From Phallusia mammillata (taxonomy: Eukaryota), in NCBI GenBank assembly GCA_965637545.1, contig OZ281495.1, positions 7,378,001 through 7,442,000 on the forward strand: 64,000 nt of DNA, in the 5' to 3' direction. Below are positions 1 to 13,500 of the stretch, in pieces; positions within the stretch are counted from its first letter, which is position 1, and the number at the start of each line of letters is the position of its first letter. A program made the position numbers and the translations under genes. Below the pieces are notes generated by a model that ran no database searches, was not told the origin of the DNA, and saw nothing but the letters and a program-made list of their open reading frames with translations.

Positions 1-952
1 TTTCGTCGTTTGTTTCTGTATAACGCACTTTAAAGAAATGTAAGAGTTAAAACGGCAGGGAAATAACCAAAAATTCCAAACTACTTCTTATTTTGAATTT
101 GAAAAAAAAATCAAGTGGAAATTTTGAATTTCGGTGCAGTGCATCTGTTTATTGCTTAGTAGTCTATAGCAAAAAAACTTAACGGTTGCCTGTAAATTTT
201 GGCTTAATAGTTTTCATTTCACCATTGCTATTTTATCTTGGTTGCTGGTGTTTTTATTTGTTTGTTTTTGTACGTTTATATCTATTTATTGTTTGTGCTG
301 GACGCTGTTGCTGTTATAACGTGCGTTTAAAACCATAACGTTCACCCGCTTGTAGACTTAAAACTACTGTGCGATTTAACTCCATTTACACAAATAGCAT
401 TTGTTTCACTTTCCTGCTTTCCAAAGTTGTTTAAATTTGTAAAATAAACATAGATTTTTGAATCGTTTCTGTTTTTGAAAAAAAATGTTCTTTTAAATGT
501 GAAAAGTTCATTGTTCTCCAACAGAGTTGCCGTCGATCTCGAGAAATTGTAATTATTTTTCTTTCTAAGAATTACACAACTGACTTTAAGACACCCATAA
601 CAAGTACTTTTGGAAATTTACTTATGTGGAGAAAAAATAATGAACCGTCGCAGCAAAATTGGCCTTTACAACTAACCTACCTGACTAAAAAAGGTAAAAC
701 AGAAGTAAAGATACAGTTCAAAACTAAGGACAAGTCTTAGAAACAAGGACCATATGCTCACTCTTTTAACAGGAAAGCTAAAATGGGCTTTTTTCGGGTA
801 CTCTATAATACCTCCTATTTAGCAAACTCTTTCTTCACTCAAGTCTGCGCGAGCTGCAAAATTCGGATTGGAGCAACTGCGCCACAAGTGGCAAAAACTG
901 AAAATAATTTGTTCACTAGGGGGCAGTCACACCACGCCATTAAAAAGTAAGC

Positions 953-1182
953 AAAAACTTGGCCGAATGGGGCAGGAACTTGGCCGAATGGTCTGGCGCG
1001 CCTGACCCATATACAGACATAAAAAAAAACTTGATCGGGATTCGTCCCCGGGAGTGTCCTGGGTTCGAACCTCGTGAAAAAAAAAACTTGGCCGAATGGT
1101 CTGGCGCGCCTGACCCATATACAGACATAAAAACCCTGGTCAGGATTCGTTTCCGAGAGCGTCATGGCTTCGAACCACGTGA
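953..1182 (+). repeat. Tandem duplication (108-bp period) of a tRNA-like A-box/B-box module; probable SINE or other transposon-derived repeat
   Basis: aacttggccgaatggtctggcgcgcctgacccatatacagacataaaaa is identical in two copies (A-box-like TGGCCGAATGG at 981 and 1089, with an extra one at 960). B-box-like GGTTCGAACC at 1062 and a degenerate GGCTTCGAACC at 1166. Confidence 0.7.
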
Positions 1183-4100
1183 AAAATGGCCCTGGGCTGA
1201 AAATAAACAAAAACACCAATCTACGTTCGCACTCGATATAATTCTGGCGTAAAAAAAGACAGAAAAGTAATCAAGATGTTGAAAAGTAAAAAACCTGTCG
1301 AAATATTTAAACTAGTGGTTCGACCTAAACACACCAGCAAAATTTGATCACAGAACCGACGACCAACTATAACATAATTTAGAAATTCAGGACTATCAAT
1401 GTTAAAAAAAACGTAATTTTAGTTTGCTGGTATCTGTATCAACTGGACTAAATTCATTTCCATTAATTTGCAAAAACATCAAGTATTCAAACACTATAGT
1501 TTGAAAATCTATTCCTGGCACTGTATTCTACAAAGCAAACAACAAGGATCAATTAGTGCGACAAAACCCGCTAAGAAGGATGTGGATTATGACGAACGAC
1601 CATTCATTTGCCATAATTAGAGCCGCAATGTCCCGGCAGAAAGTCGAATAAGTCTTTATCAAGCATCAGAGGCCAACTGTCCGAGTGACATGTATTGTAA
1701 TTTGTTCAGCACCCGACCTTAGCCCCGCTCACCACGAAGCATGAATGCAAAGGGAAGGGAGATTACAAGGCTAAGAGAGGCCAACTCGTTTTGCCAGCCA
1801 ACTTGCATTGCGGCTTTTCGCAGGACATTTCAATTCGTTTGGGAATTTGAAAACGGTTGGCGTGAAATTCGTGTCTTGTCACCGCGGCACCAAAACACGC
1901 TTTAATCCAGACCTGTGGCGTGCGCTCGCGTCAAGGCAAAATACCGGCGGGGCAGCAGTGCACACCCATCGGCCCGTTAGGCTTAATTGAAGCTGCCACA
2001 CGTAATGCAGGCACCTCGAATTTTGACAAACTTTTCGACAGCCTAAATCCGCGCGTGCCACTTCACAACGTTCGGTGCGCTTCGGTTTTGCCTGCGCCTC
2101 CAGTCGCGGTGAGTTCAAATCCCCGAGCGACACCCACGTCATGAGTCACGTGTCAAGTTGTGCGCTACGGTGGCAGTTTATGGAATCAATGCCGACTGTC
2201 GGTTGGCGGGGGCTCGCAGGAGGGGACAGGGCGAGTTTAACGCCTGTAGCCTCTGCTCATTAATAATTAACTCGCGTTTGTCTTGGGGAACGGGCGTAAT
2301 TTGACAGCGGACATGGAGGCTCATCACATGTCGCGCGCGTCGCGAAATTGGCTTCATTTGTGATGTCATGGACATTTGCACCCCTAATGCATTTCGCTGG
2401 CGGCGGCGACACGATATTAATGCGCCCTGATGTAACTCGAAGTGACTGGGAGCAGAGGGGCGGGCATTCTTTTTCATTTGCGTCTCCGCTTCATTTGACA
2501 GGTGCCGTGTCCCTCCTGCAAACTCCGTCCAAGTCTCAGCTCGATGGCAGCCACAAAGCTATGTCGTTGGCAGGAAAATGATAATTTATTTCAAATCAAG
2601 GCCGATAGTTGACCGCTTTTCAAAATGCGAGGGTACTTGTACATTTTTCCATTACTAAAGGTCAACATTTTTCGGCAAAGGGCTCTCGTTATGCCAGGGC
2701 TAAAATACAAATTAAAGTTTGAATTTTAAACTGCCTTAGGAACTTAATTTCAGAACGGGCGAGCTGGTGCATTTTGCCATTGTGCTGGTTACTTGAATCT
2801 TGCATACACGTGGGAAACGTTTACATACAAGTAGCAGAAAAATTTAACGAAATGTTCAGATATTGTGTTTCGGGTCCCATTTTTCAATTTTAAATGCTTT
2901 GTATCCATGTATGACAGGAAATACGAAGAAAGCCTCAAGCCACAAATCTAGACTTGCTAGTTCTATTTGTTCATATCACTGCTCGTAATTCCATCAGGTT
3001 ATTAATTTCAATATGAAAGCGGTTTCAGTGGTGATTTTAGACCTTCAATATCAGGGGTGTCTGAAATAAACACAATGAGATATGAGAAATCGTTACTCCC
3101 ATAATTTGCACTAAGTGTCTGCTGTCAACGGTTATCCGGTGTCCATATGAAGACACCTAATTGCTAAATTGCGTGTCATTGATGACAGATTGGATTAGCG
3201 GGTAAAATTTAAATTAAAAACTCTATTTCCCGATCGTATTTTTGGGACGGGATGGTGATTTTCTTTTTATTAATTTTCAACTTTATTTAACAAATTTTAG
3301 TGTTCCGGTTGCACATGAATGTAAACCTTAAGTAACACTATGTTAATTTTTCAGTAATTAAATTTTTAAGCCTGTCTGATTTACAAATTGCAATAACGTT
3401 CATTTGCGTTTGAATTTATTCATTATGTACCTCCAAATTAAGCTCTGAAACAACGAATTGTACAACCAACACACTTTAATCGTAAAAGTAGGTTTTCAAA
3501 AGTCGACAACGTTATAGAATGCTACATCGAAAGTAGGTCGGCATTCGGCATTTGGTTGCAGCAAAAATCTTTCGCTATAAAATCCATTGTGATGTGACAA
3601 AGCGCGGTTTGAGAGCGATAAATCGTTGCCGCGCTGGACACGGGTTACCATATGTGGACCAGGCATAAAATTTACGTCCCAACAGATTTTACGGCCCTAC
3701 ACACAATGGATGTTGGAATGTCCGAGTCGTGGGCTCGGACTGCCGTAAATTTAGCGCGAAAAAGTCGAGCCCGGGCGCGCACAGAGCGTCGTAAAGCAAA
3801 GTTTTGGCGTCAGAAGCGGTGCCTCGATGACCCCAAGCGGAATTTACGAGCTCGCCCGCGGGACCTACAAACTATAGGGTAACGACCCGCTTCGGCCATT
3901 TAAGTGCAGTCTGATGTTGACACCCGCTGAGGCGACAATGTCCAGTGACGAGGGTAACAAATATTTTATAGCGATTCGGCGGCAAGGACAAACATAGCGG
4001 CACAGTTCGTACGAGATAAATTCGCTCGGCCGAACTCGTTAACACTCTGCACAATGCTTTTGCAACGGTTGCGAAATGCTACATTTGGTAAAACTAAGAT

Positions 4101-4329
4101 TTGAAGATTTTTTTACATGTCTGGTCACTTGGAAAATTAAACTTATAGTGACCAGTTTGGGCACGTAATTTTAAATTTCAGTAGCCGGTATAAAATAGCT
4201 CGTAACATTTTCACAAAAGAAACCCGTCCCCGAATACAAACTCCAATTCTTTGTGTGGGATCCAGTTATAAACCTAGAAAGGCAAACTTCCGAAAGTGTT
4301 CTTTGACGTATATTTAAATCTTGTACCAC

Positions 4330-4516
4330 AGTTGTCGGGGCGGATTTTGGGGTCGGAATTCAGGTTGAGTTCAATGAAACGGGCTTGATTTGTTCCTGGC
4401 TTAACGTTTAAAATCATTTTTCACATTTTTACCAACGGGCCTGATTTTGCGTTTTTGATGGGTTTCTGGCTTTTACTTTCGAGAGGAGCCAAATTTCAGG
4501 CCCGCTTACCACGCTG
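4330..4516. mobile_element. Possible degenerate MITE remnant
   Basis: Repeated CGGGC(C/T)TGATT at 4380 and 4436, an inverted copy TCAGGCCCG at 4496, and a terminus-like end ...cccgcttaccacgctg. No clear left terminal repeat or target-site duplication. Confidence 0.3.
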
Positions 4517-7500
4517 ATCACATGTAGCGACATTGGCCAAACACAATCCGTACACTAAAAACATCTATACTCTTGTTAATTTGATAACGTTGTTATGTAT
4601 GTTATGTAAGTCTTTTTTGAAACGTCCAATTAGTAGGGATAATATATAACCTTGTTTCAAGCAAGATTGCAATTTGCACTCCAGGACTAATGGTGATTTA
4701 TGTGCGAAAGTTGCAGTTTACTAAGACTCACATTGCAATACCAACTTGCTGGAACTTCAAGCCACTGGGTAACTTTGTGTACAAAACCTTATCTCGTCCT
4801 TGTGTGATTTGGAAATTATCTTGTTTCGACTGCAAATACGGATTCCCCTTCTCGTTTGCTCAAGGTATGACGTAGAATCTGAGCTTTGCAAGCAAGAAAA
4901 TGAGAAATTTTTTAACATTCTTGGACTTTGGGGCAAATATTAGTTGCAATGTTTCGTATTATTTGTAGATATAATGACCTTGGCGCAACAATAACACCCA
5001 CCACACTTCGCTTTATATGCTACAACCTTGGAATTAATTGTGTGACTGTGTTTTTATTTTATTTGGCGAGCGAAATAAACTTAACATAACTTGGTTAAGG
5101 TTCGAATGAAACTGCAAATTGTGTTTAACGGCTGTAACAAGTGCCATTTACTTAAATCGGATTTTTGACTTTGAAGCTGTACGTAATGGGAGTTATTCCA
5201 ACAAGATATTATTTTTGCTACAACTTTTGAGGACTGCATGTAAGTGGTGCTGTAATTCAGAAGGACAGATTTACGAATAACGTTATCAAAAAAAAATCTC
5301 GCCTTTTACACAAACTTTACCTAAGTTACAATTCTAAAGACTTCAAAAGGGGTAGAAATCATAAAAACAACGCATGCTGTTTTGAAAATATTATACACAA
5401 CTGGTACAAGTTTGAAAAGGTAATTCTTATGTGTTCGTGCAAGACCAAAACCGTGCTAAAAGGGTTTTTAGTTAGTTAAAGTAATTAAATTTTACACTTC
5501 ACTCACATACCAACACACCTATGATATGTGTAACAACATAAAAACGAACAGCAAAATTTGTAAGCGCGCCTTTTGTAAACTTTACACAGCGGCTTATTGG
5601 CAAACAAAGGGTTTTTGGTTTATTGCAAGGTTTGCTGACACGGGCACTGAACGTTGGCTCAGTAACAGGATTATCAGAGCATTAGTGTGAGTTTACTGCA
5701 AGCAAGCTTGCGGTGGGGAGCCCGTGTGCTTCTGACACTCGTAAGCCATTTAAAACAAACGTAAACAAGCAGTTAGAACGGTGCTTTGAAATTCACTGGA
5801 GAATCTCCCCAGACGTCAATCAGGAACGAACATTTTTTCAAACTTTTTATCCAACTGTTGCTTTTGAAATCAAACAGCGCAGATACCACATAAGAAAAAA
5901 GGAATGATATAACACTCTTATAATATGAACTGACGCAATGGTGTATAGATATAAGTATATTGTATTGATAAGTATATTTGTTTTAATGTGCAGCCATTGT
6001 AACCTATAAATGAAGGCAATAGCAATGTTTGTCCACGCAAAATACTGGTAAACCGAATCTTATCTATCGGCACATATTTGATATTGCCGAAGGTAAAATA
6101 TTTTTCTTTGCACTGATGATGACAACAGCGATTGATTTCAAAACCCCTAAACCCAAGTATAATCACTAAACCCAAGTCTTATGGCGGTTTTCATTTTACT
6201 TAAGTTTTTCCACAATGAAAAAATGCCCAGTTTTGTTCTTTGGAAAATTGGTCGTTTTAACAAATTTCCTTTGATAATTTCTTGTATGGAACAAAGCAGG
6301 GACATTGTAGCAAGAGTTTAAAGATAGAAACTGCTGCTAAAGATGTTTAAGTAACAAACGGACGCCCTGACAAGCAATAATTCATTAGACAACTATCACT
6401 TGCGTTTCACCCGCAAGCCCCTGTAACTCACGCGCCTAAAATAGCTCGAATTCGACTGTGATGACATCACACACAGAGGCGAGGTGCCTTCAAAGGGGCC
6501 GACGCTGTACGAAAGTGATTACCGTTGGTGGAAAATTAAGTCTCTTGCTCGGGCAGCGGCGCCAACGCCGATTAGGGCTCGTCCATGCATGGGTGAATTC
6601 TGGAGCACCCGGCATTGAGCCCGAGATGGGAATCAGGTGATTAACTCCCAGCCTAAGCACGACCCACAGGGGTAAGGGGGTCATACGGGTAACTTATGCT
6701 ACGTTTCTATGGGCGAAAGTTTGGTGAGTAAAGAAAGGTGTCTTTTTTACACAAAAATGACTGAAAAGCATTATGAATCGTCACCGGTGTGGCATACGTA
6801 TAAATGTTTTTGTAGTGTGCATATAAACTTAACCTGACGATTTTGAGGTTTTACCCCAGTCTTGATGCAGACTACTTTGAAAACTTTATGAAGTTGCGTA
6901 AAAATAAACAAACACATGATCGATTGGAATTTAAACAGTCATATGTTTCAGAACAAAAACCGGTTAAATATCCCTAAAATAGTTCGCAAAACATGTGAGA
7001 ATCAACTTACATATCTACAGCCATTGTACAGACTGGGATGAAGGGGCTTGAAATACTCATTTTTTATGTGTGGAAACATAGCAACAACTCATAAGTCTCA
7101 TCAACAACAAAAAAAGAAGTAGGCCGATATTTGGAACTTGCCCAAACGCCGATACAAAGGTAAAATCACGAAATTCTCGTCACAAGCGGCGCCAGATCCC
7201 CACCTGGCAATAAACTTGCCTCGGAACAAAATCTACAGCGCCTACACACGAAATTGTACCCAAACTTTATTAGCTCGCTGCAAAAGGTGCAAGCCCCTTT
7301 AGTATCCATCGTTTTTTGTTATGTACTCAATGCAGTAGTAAACGCTCCATAAACAGCGAAAAAATGCGGAAAATGCGGTTTATAATATTAAGTACACATG
7401 ACACATTTTGTCGATCTGCGTTTACTCAACCTCGCCGCAATGTACACAGGCTTAAAGCAAACTATAGAAAGTGGTGAGATTAACACAACCCAAAGTGGCG

Positions 7501-10500
7501 AAGTCAACAAATGTTGTTTCAAACTTAAGTGCTTCCAAATCCCAGGCGCCATAAGCTTCCATTTCGGCCAGAAAAGACAAAAACAATTCAACCCAGTTCA
7601 CTCGTACCCAGCCGGGGCTTCAACATCTGGTCGTGAATCGTTGTGACAGACAACGAACGGATTTGATTACACCGCGGGGTCATAGGTTACGATTACATTT
7701 ACTTTAGACATTGTTCTCGGTCTGTTGTCGATCGACACCTGTTTGTGACGTCACAATAGAGCTCTTCACACGGTTTCGCGATCGCGTCCTTCCTGTGTGG
7801 CGTTGGAATTTCGCAAACGGCTTTAATTTCCTTTGGAGTGTTATACATACTCACTCTTATATATTTTTGTGCTGAGTTTTTAGCTCATGAACGACAACCG
7901 TAGAGGATCACTTTACCATTACATTGAACCAATTTCCACTGAAACTAATATAAAATAACGACAAACAGTTTGGTGTGTTATATTAATATATTGTAAAATT
8001 ATGATCAATACGTTGCCAAAAAAATGTCTGGAGTTATTTAAGCTTGAAAACGCAGGTGGCACAACAAACATAGTCTTAACAAAAACAAAATATTTCACAA
8101 AGGGTGGCAACAGTTTTGTCGAATGATTTGTTATCATAAAGACTAAGTTTTATTCCAGTTAAATGGTAAGTTAGTTCTCAGGAGACCTACGAAAATATTT
8201 AACACTAAAGACGTTGACAAAAAACCATTCACTTATTACGATGAAAATAACTTATTCTGATTCTCTACTATTTACCAACCGTATTCGGATCATTTCAAAT
8301 CGTGCATATATACTTTTTGTACAGCTCGTTTTCGATTTGATGTGCGGTGTTGCGCTTGAATAAAACAACCAAACTTACAAGAGAAAATCACTCGAGTTGT
8401 GGAAAACAAATGGCATGTGCAAAAAGATCCCAAAGCCAAAAGATTTCGATCGCAAACAAAAGGGTCCAAATATTCAATTAAGCCTGGATTCAAAAACATT
8501 ATTCGTGGGAATCATAGAAAACAGGAAGCCGCACGAACCGATGTGAACGCCCACGATCGAACAGAGGCAGGCGCGAAATGACAAGGGTCTCGTTTCACAC
8601 CTCGCGCTGTCGGCAGGCCGCCTTAAATAAACTTACCAAGGTCTAACAAAAGCCTGGCGCACCTCGACAATACCGGGTCGAGTGGAAACTGTAACACCGC
8701 CTGATAAGAATTCGTTATTTGACGCCTCCGGACTGTCGGGGGCCGCGAACGGACTGACGTGGCCGCCATTTCGACACCCGAGCCTGATAAGTGTGCTGAG
8801 TCCACGTATCAAGTTACTTCATTCAACGAGCGACAAGTAGACGCGATTTAACGCCAGATCTCGACCACTGTTTACTTTGCCTTCTCGAGGCGACGACGCG
8901 ACACAATAGGGACACTTGACCCTGAGTGACCCCGGTGGTGTTACGTCACAACGACGCACCTTGGCCGTGGGGAGCTTTGGGAAACGCGTTAATGGGTGAA
9001 AAAGTTGCGAAGAGGTTGATGATAAAGTTTTCCTGGTGATGCAAGCTAAATGTTAAAATAAAAAAAACACATTTGTGCTCTTTACTGCTTCGTTTATTCG
9101 TGGGTAAATTGGTTTACGTTTGTTGAAGCTTTTGCATTTTTTCTGTAAAAACAAAAATAATTGACTTTACTTGTTATTCAGGTATAGGCATGTTTGTTTA
9201 TGTAACGTAACTCAGCTAAGATACATGCGCCTCTTCGCATTTACGCTTTAGTGTTCATTTTGCATTTTTCTGACCAGAAAATTGTCCAGGAAACACTCTT
9301 AGGCTTGGCAAAGATCACATTTTCAATACGACTCAACCCGCTTGAATCTTGTTTGCAAAAGATCCTGTCAAAGTGTTTGACGCGTAGAATTCCACGAAAG
9401 TCGTTTTTCCGCCGATAAACAAGATACTTTAAAACTTTTTTAAGCAGATCAACGTCGCACGCGTTACAACCCCAAATACCGCAATTGTTTATGATCACGT
9501 GACCGCTCGTCGCCGCTTCGAGAAGAGCTGCCAAAGCGATCCCATTATGACGTGTGCAAAACTCACACTTACGTCACACCGCGGGACAATGGCTCAGAGG
9601 GGAGGGGGCGCGGGTTCTTTGTCGACGGCCATTAGGCGCTTAAGAAGCAGCACCATTGTGGCGCCAATTCCACTTACGAGTCTGGTACAACTGGTGGGCC
9701 CGCGCCGCAAAATACTACTACACCGTTTGTTGTTGTTTGCTTAACGGCTTCTGTTTATCTTCGTAAGCCCCTGACTAATACGTGTCAAGGCAAGAGCGCT
9801 GGTGGACGCCTCCTATTTGTCTCCGTAAATTTGTGCAAGCATTTAGACCTATGGGAAAGCTCCTCTACCCTTCAGAGTATTGTGACACCTTCAAGTGATG
9901 CAGAGGGGGTGAAATCGTGTTAACAGGGTAACACGACCCCCTAACCCCATGTGGAACCCATAATGTGGCGTATCCTTCCTTATATAGCCCCAAAAAATGC
10001 AATGTGGCTTATGCTGACTCATGAGATGTACTGCAAAATTTTCGGAGCCGTGTATCGAGTATTCAAATTTGCTGCGATATTTCTTCATCACGAAACTGTA
10101 CTTGCATGGGTACAGAGGAATAAGAGATGCAACTAACAACGCGAAACAAGACACTGTCTGATGAAGATGCATTGTGCGAGCGCGGGGTCATGGGGTACGC
10201 GGGGCAACAGATCGGAGGATTTGCTTGTAAAAACATTTGCAATCTGTAGTAGGAGGAACTGTTTTGAGACAATGGAGATTCTAGAATATAACTTATCTTA
10301 TTTCCTGCACAAATTAATGGATTCCACCTAAACACAAGAAAAATAAACCAGTGAAAATCTTTTGTGTGTAAATTGTTTCAACACCATCGCTACAAATACT
10401 GCCAATATTTTCATTACAGTAAATGGCGTCAAACTGTAATATTTTGTAACATTGCCAAATGCAGAAATTCTCGCAAAGGTTTGCTTAATCTAAATCTGTT

Positions 10501-13500
10501 TTTTCAACGAAGTTAAATCTACAAACGTAATTTTGGACGTTACGCTGAGCTTTCTGGTTTTTGCGTTGTTAGTACATTTTCAAAACATACACATTCGAAA
10601 CAGTCAACAAAACCAAAGGTTGACAAAGCAAGTACCAATCGTTGTGGTAAATCATCAGCAACACATTTGACTGCCAAACCACGCTAGTCTGGTGGTGTTC
10701 CAAATCGACAATACAAAATGGTGGATCACTCCCCACTACCGTGTCTGTGGACTTCAATGGTTCAAATATTGTGTACTTAAGGTATTTGGTAATTAGCAAG
10801 AACTTAAATGTCACCCAAGTGTCGGAAAATTTTGAGGTCAAGTCAAAAATGTTAACGCATTGCTTTTGCGTTTAAAAATTGATGGCCTATATATACTGAA
10901 GGAAAAATTGAAAGTTTGTTGATTAATTCTTATAGGCTGCTTTGACCAATAAATAAAAGCCTAATTAATGTCTCCAAGTTTGGAATAAAATTGTCACAGT
11001 TTCGCATATGTCAAGTAGGACATTACAAAATTTGTTCAGTGACTCAACGGAGTGCCGGCAAACACCAGGAATTTTATTGTTAATATTTTAAAATTTAGCA
11101 AATCCATCACTAGATCAACACAAAATTAAGGTGAAATATCCCAATAAAAAATATCTATAGCCAACAAAGATTCACACTTTAAAAGTGACAACGAGCCACT
11201 GGCTACAGGGTCGTCATCTGTGGGAAGCGTAGTTTCCGGAACGAGACAAAGCGAGGTCGAATTTCCTATTTTAAGTGTTGCTCGGCGCCAGGGAAACTCG
11301 CGACGCCAATTAACAAACAAAGGCAATCGGTGGGTTGCGCGGAATGCCTCTGATAATCTCATTGTGCAAGGGTGTGGGTGGGGTGTGATGATAGCGCCTG
11401 GTCGGCGTCAAAAAACAAGAACAATTTGATAACTACGTGCTAACGACGCACAATTTGATCATTGCTACTTGTTGTAGAGATGAAGCACAAAATTTGCCGC
11501 CAGTTTAAAGAAAGAGATTCGAATTGGTGGTTTATTTAAGTAAAACTTGTTTCGAGAAAAAGTGTTGCAAGATTTAAACATTTTTTGTCCACATTATTTT
11601 TTATTATTATTCAAAAATTACAACTAAATTCGTTTTTACGTCGCATTACCTCAATATAAAACAAATTATAATTGCAGAAATACTAAAAACAAAAACAGGT
11701 TGCAACATGTCGTCAACAGTTATAGAATATTGTGTAAATTAACTTTTATTGGGTTTAGTCGAAATTTCGTGCAAAAAAAACTTTAGAACTATAAGCAGGT
11801 CTTTAAAAGATTTGGTCAACGTATACGTTGTGTCGGTTTTCCCACATATGTAACCGCATATTGTATGTCGCATGTGCTTTTTAAATGGCGGAAAAGCCCG
11901 GGCAACATGTACTTTGACACGTCTCCAACCGTGGTTTGGATAATTCGAATACCTGCCCGAGGTTTAAAGCGCACACCGTTTTTTTTCTCTGAATACTTGA
12001 CTTTATCAATAAGCACATATACCCTGAAGCTCATGTAGAAATGAACCCTTACCCAAACAATTTAACCAAACTCCAATATAAGCCGCTGTAACGATTATAC
12101 AATTGACGGTTTTGTCAATTGATTGCTATTTTCCAATGTCACAATTAAAGAAATAATTCAAGTGCCAGCGTTATTGTACTTGCAACGTATAAATAAGTTA
12201 AGATGAACATAAATTCATTACTTGGATCAGCCCTGGAGCGTACTGTGATGCGTAAAAATAAGATATACTGTTCTACAGTTACTTATTTTCTGTATTTTCT
12301 GAGTCGAAGAGGCCCACCCCGTCTCAACATATGACGACCGGCCAATATTTTTTTTATGTCGTCCCTAGGATAAATTAAGTAGTACTTGATCGGTGGTAAG
12401 TCTACTAATCAGGCTTGAGAGAACAGAGCATCAGGATGTTCGGCAAACCAAACACCTGTTGCTTCAACTTATCCCTCCAGGTGACTTAATATGGGGGCAC
12501 AACCATCCATTTAGCCTCTTGAGGGCGCCCCAGTCGTAAATTTCCATTTGCGGTGAGCGGACAAATTGGGTTTTGACAGGATCGCGTAGTTGCCCATAAT
12601 TTTGCGGTCAACCCGCTGCGGCTGAGCAAATGTTGCACAACACACAATACGCGGCGGGTGTGGAGAGGTTTGCTTTCAAGAAAATTTCGTGAAACCTGGT
12701 ATGTTTTGCCCCAAGCACGGGTTCGCGTAAGCCCCGCATCGTTTTACGACCGAACGAACACCGACAGCTCCGTGATCGTTCATCTTAGGCCGCGCCGAAA
12801 ATTATAACGACTCAGCAAAGCGCTTGATTCGATTACAGCACGCAGTGCTATCCTTCGGCGCGAGACAAGCTTATTTTCGCGATCTTTCGGGCAGCGGTTT
12901 ACTGGCAAGCGCAACTTCACTGGTGACGGAGCATACACACAAGGGTAAAACGCGGCCCCAGCACTTTGACCTTTTAACCTTATTAGACTGAGGTGCGTAT
13001 CCCGCTGGACGAAAGCCCCGTGCCTGTCCGGATACGATAACAATCGCAGGTTCACGCGAACGCCACAAATTCGACTTAATTTGCTGTTCTCTAAGCGGCC
13101 AAGTTAACAAAGGAATAGCGCAGGAACCGTCAAATTCAACAAACCAACATAATTTACTTTCTTGGTGAAAGGATAATTTTTTTCGCCTCTGGCTTAAGAC
13201 GATTCTAGCGGTACCCAATAATTTGAGTTGCTAATTGCTTCACGCAATTTTCAACTGCTTATTTTCTTTGTACTTCCATCGGAACTACGTTCAGGTCCCC
13301 GCATTAGTGCTCGCAAACTTTGCGTTGTGATTGGTTAATAGAGTCACGTGACAGTAAAATGGCGCTTGTTCGCAACAAGGTTTGTTTCGACATTTTCGAC
13401 GTATTTTGGGAGCAGTTAAGGTCTAAGTTTTCTTTTTACTAGAAAAATTGAAAAGTTTTCTTTCCCAAAACGACCTTGAAACTACATACTTCTAAATATT

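Noticed and set aside
972-1076. Functional tRNA-Leu gene
   Set aside because: A- and B-box-like motifs are present, but I could not form an acceptor stem or a proper anticodon arm, and poly-A runs interrupt the unit.
953-1182. CRISPR-like repeat-spacer array
   Set aside because: Only two full units, the intervening segments are homologous to each other, the context is eukaryotic and there are no cas genes.
839-1252. ORFs with internally repeated peptides (839..1219 -, 959..1252 + and others)
   Set aside because: The peptide repeats just mirror the 108-bp DNA duplication; no protein family resemblance.
3052-3061. Lone CAGGGGTGTC hAT-like terminus
   Set aside because: No matching inverted end or target-site duplication nearby.
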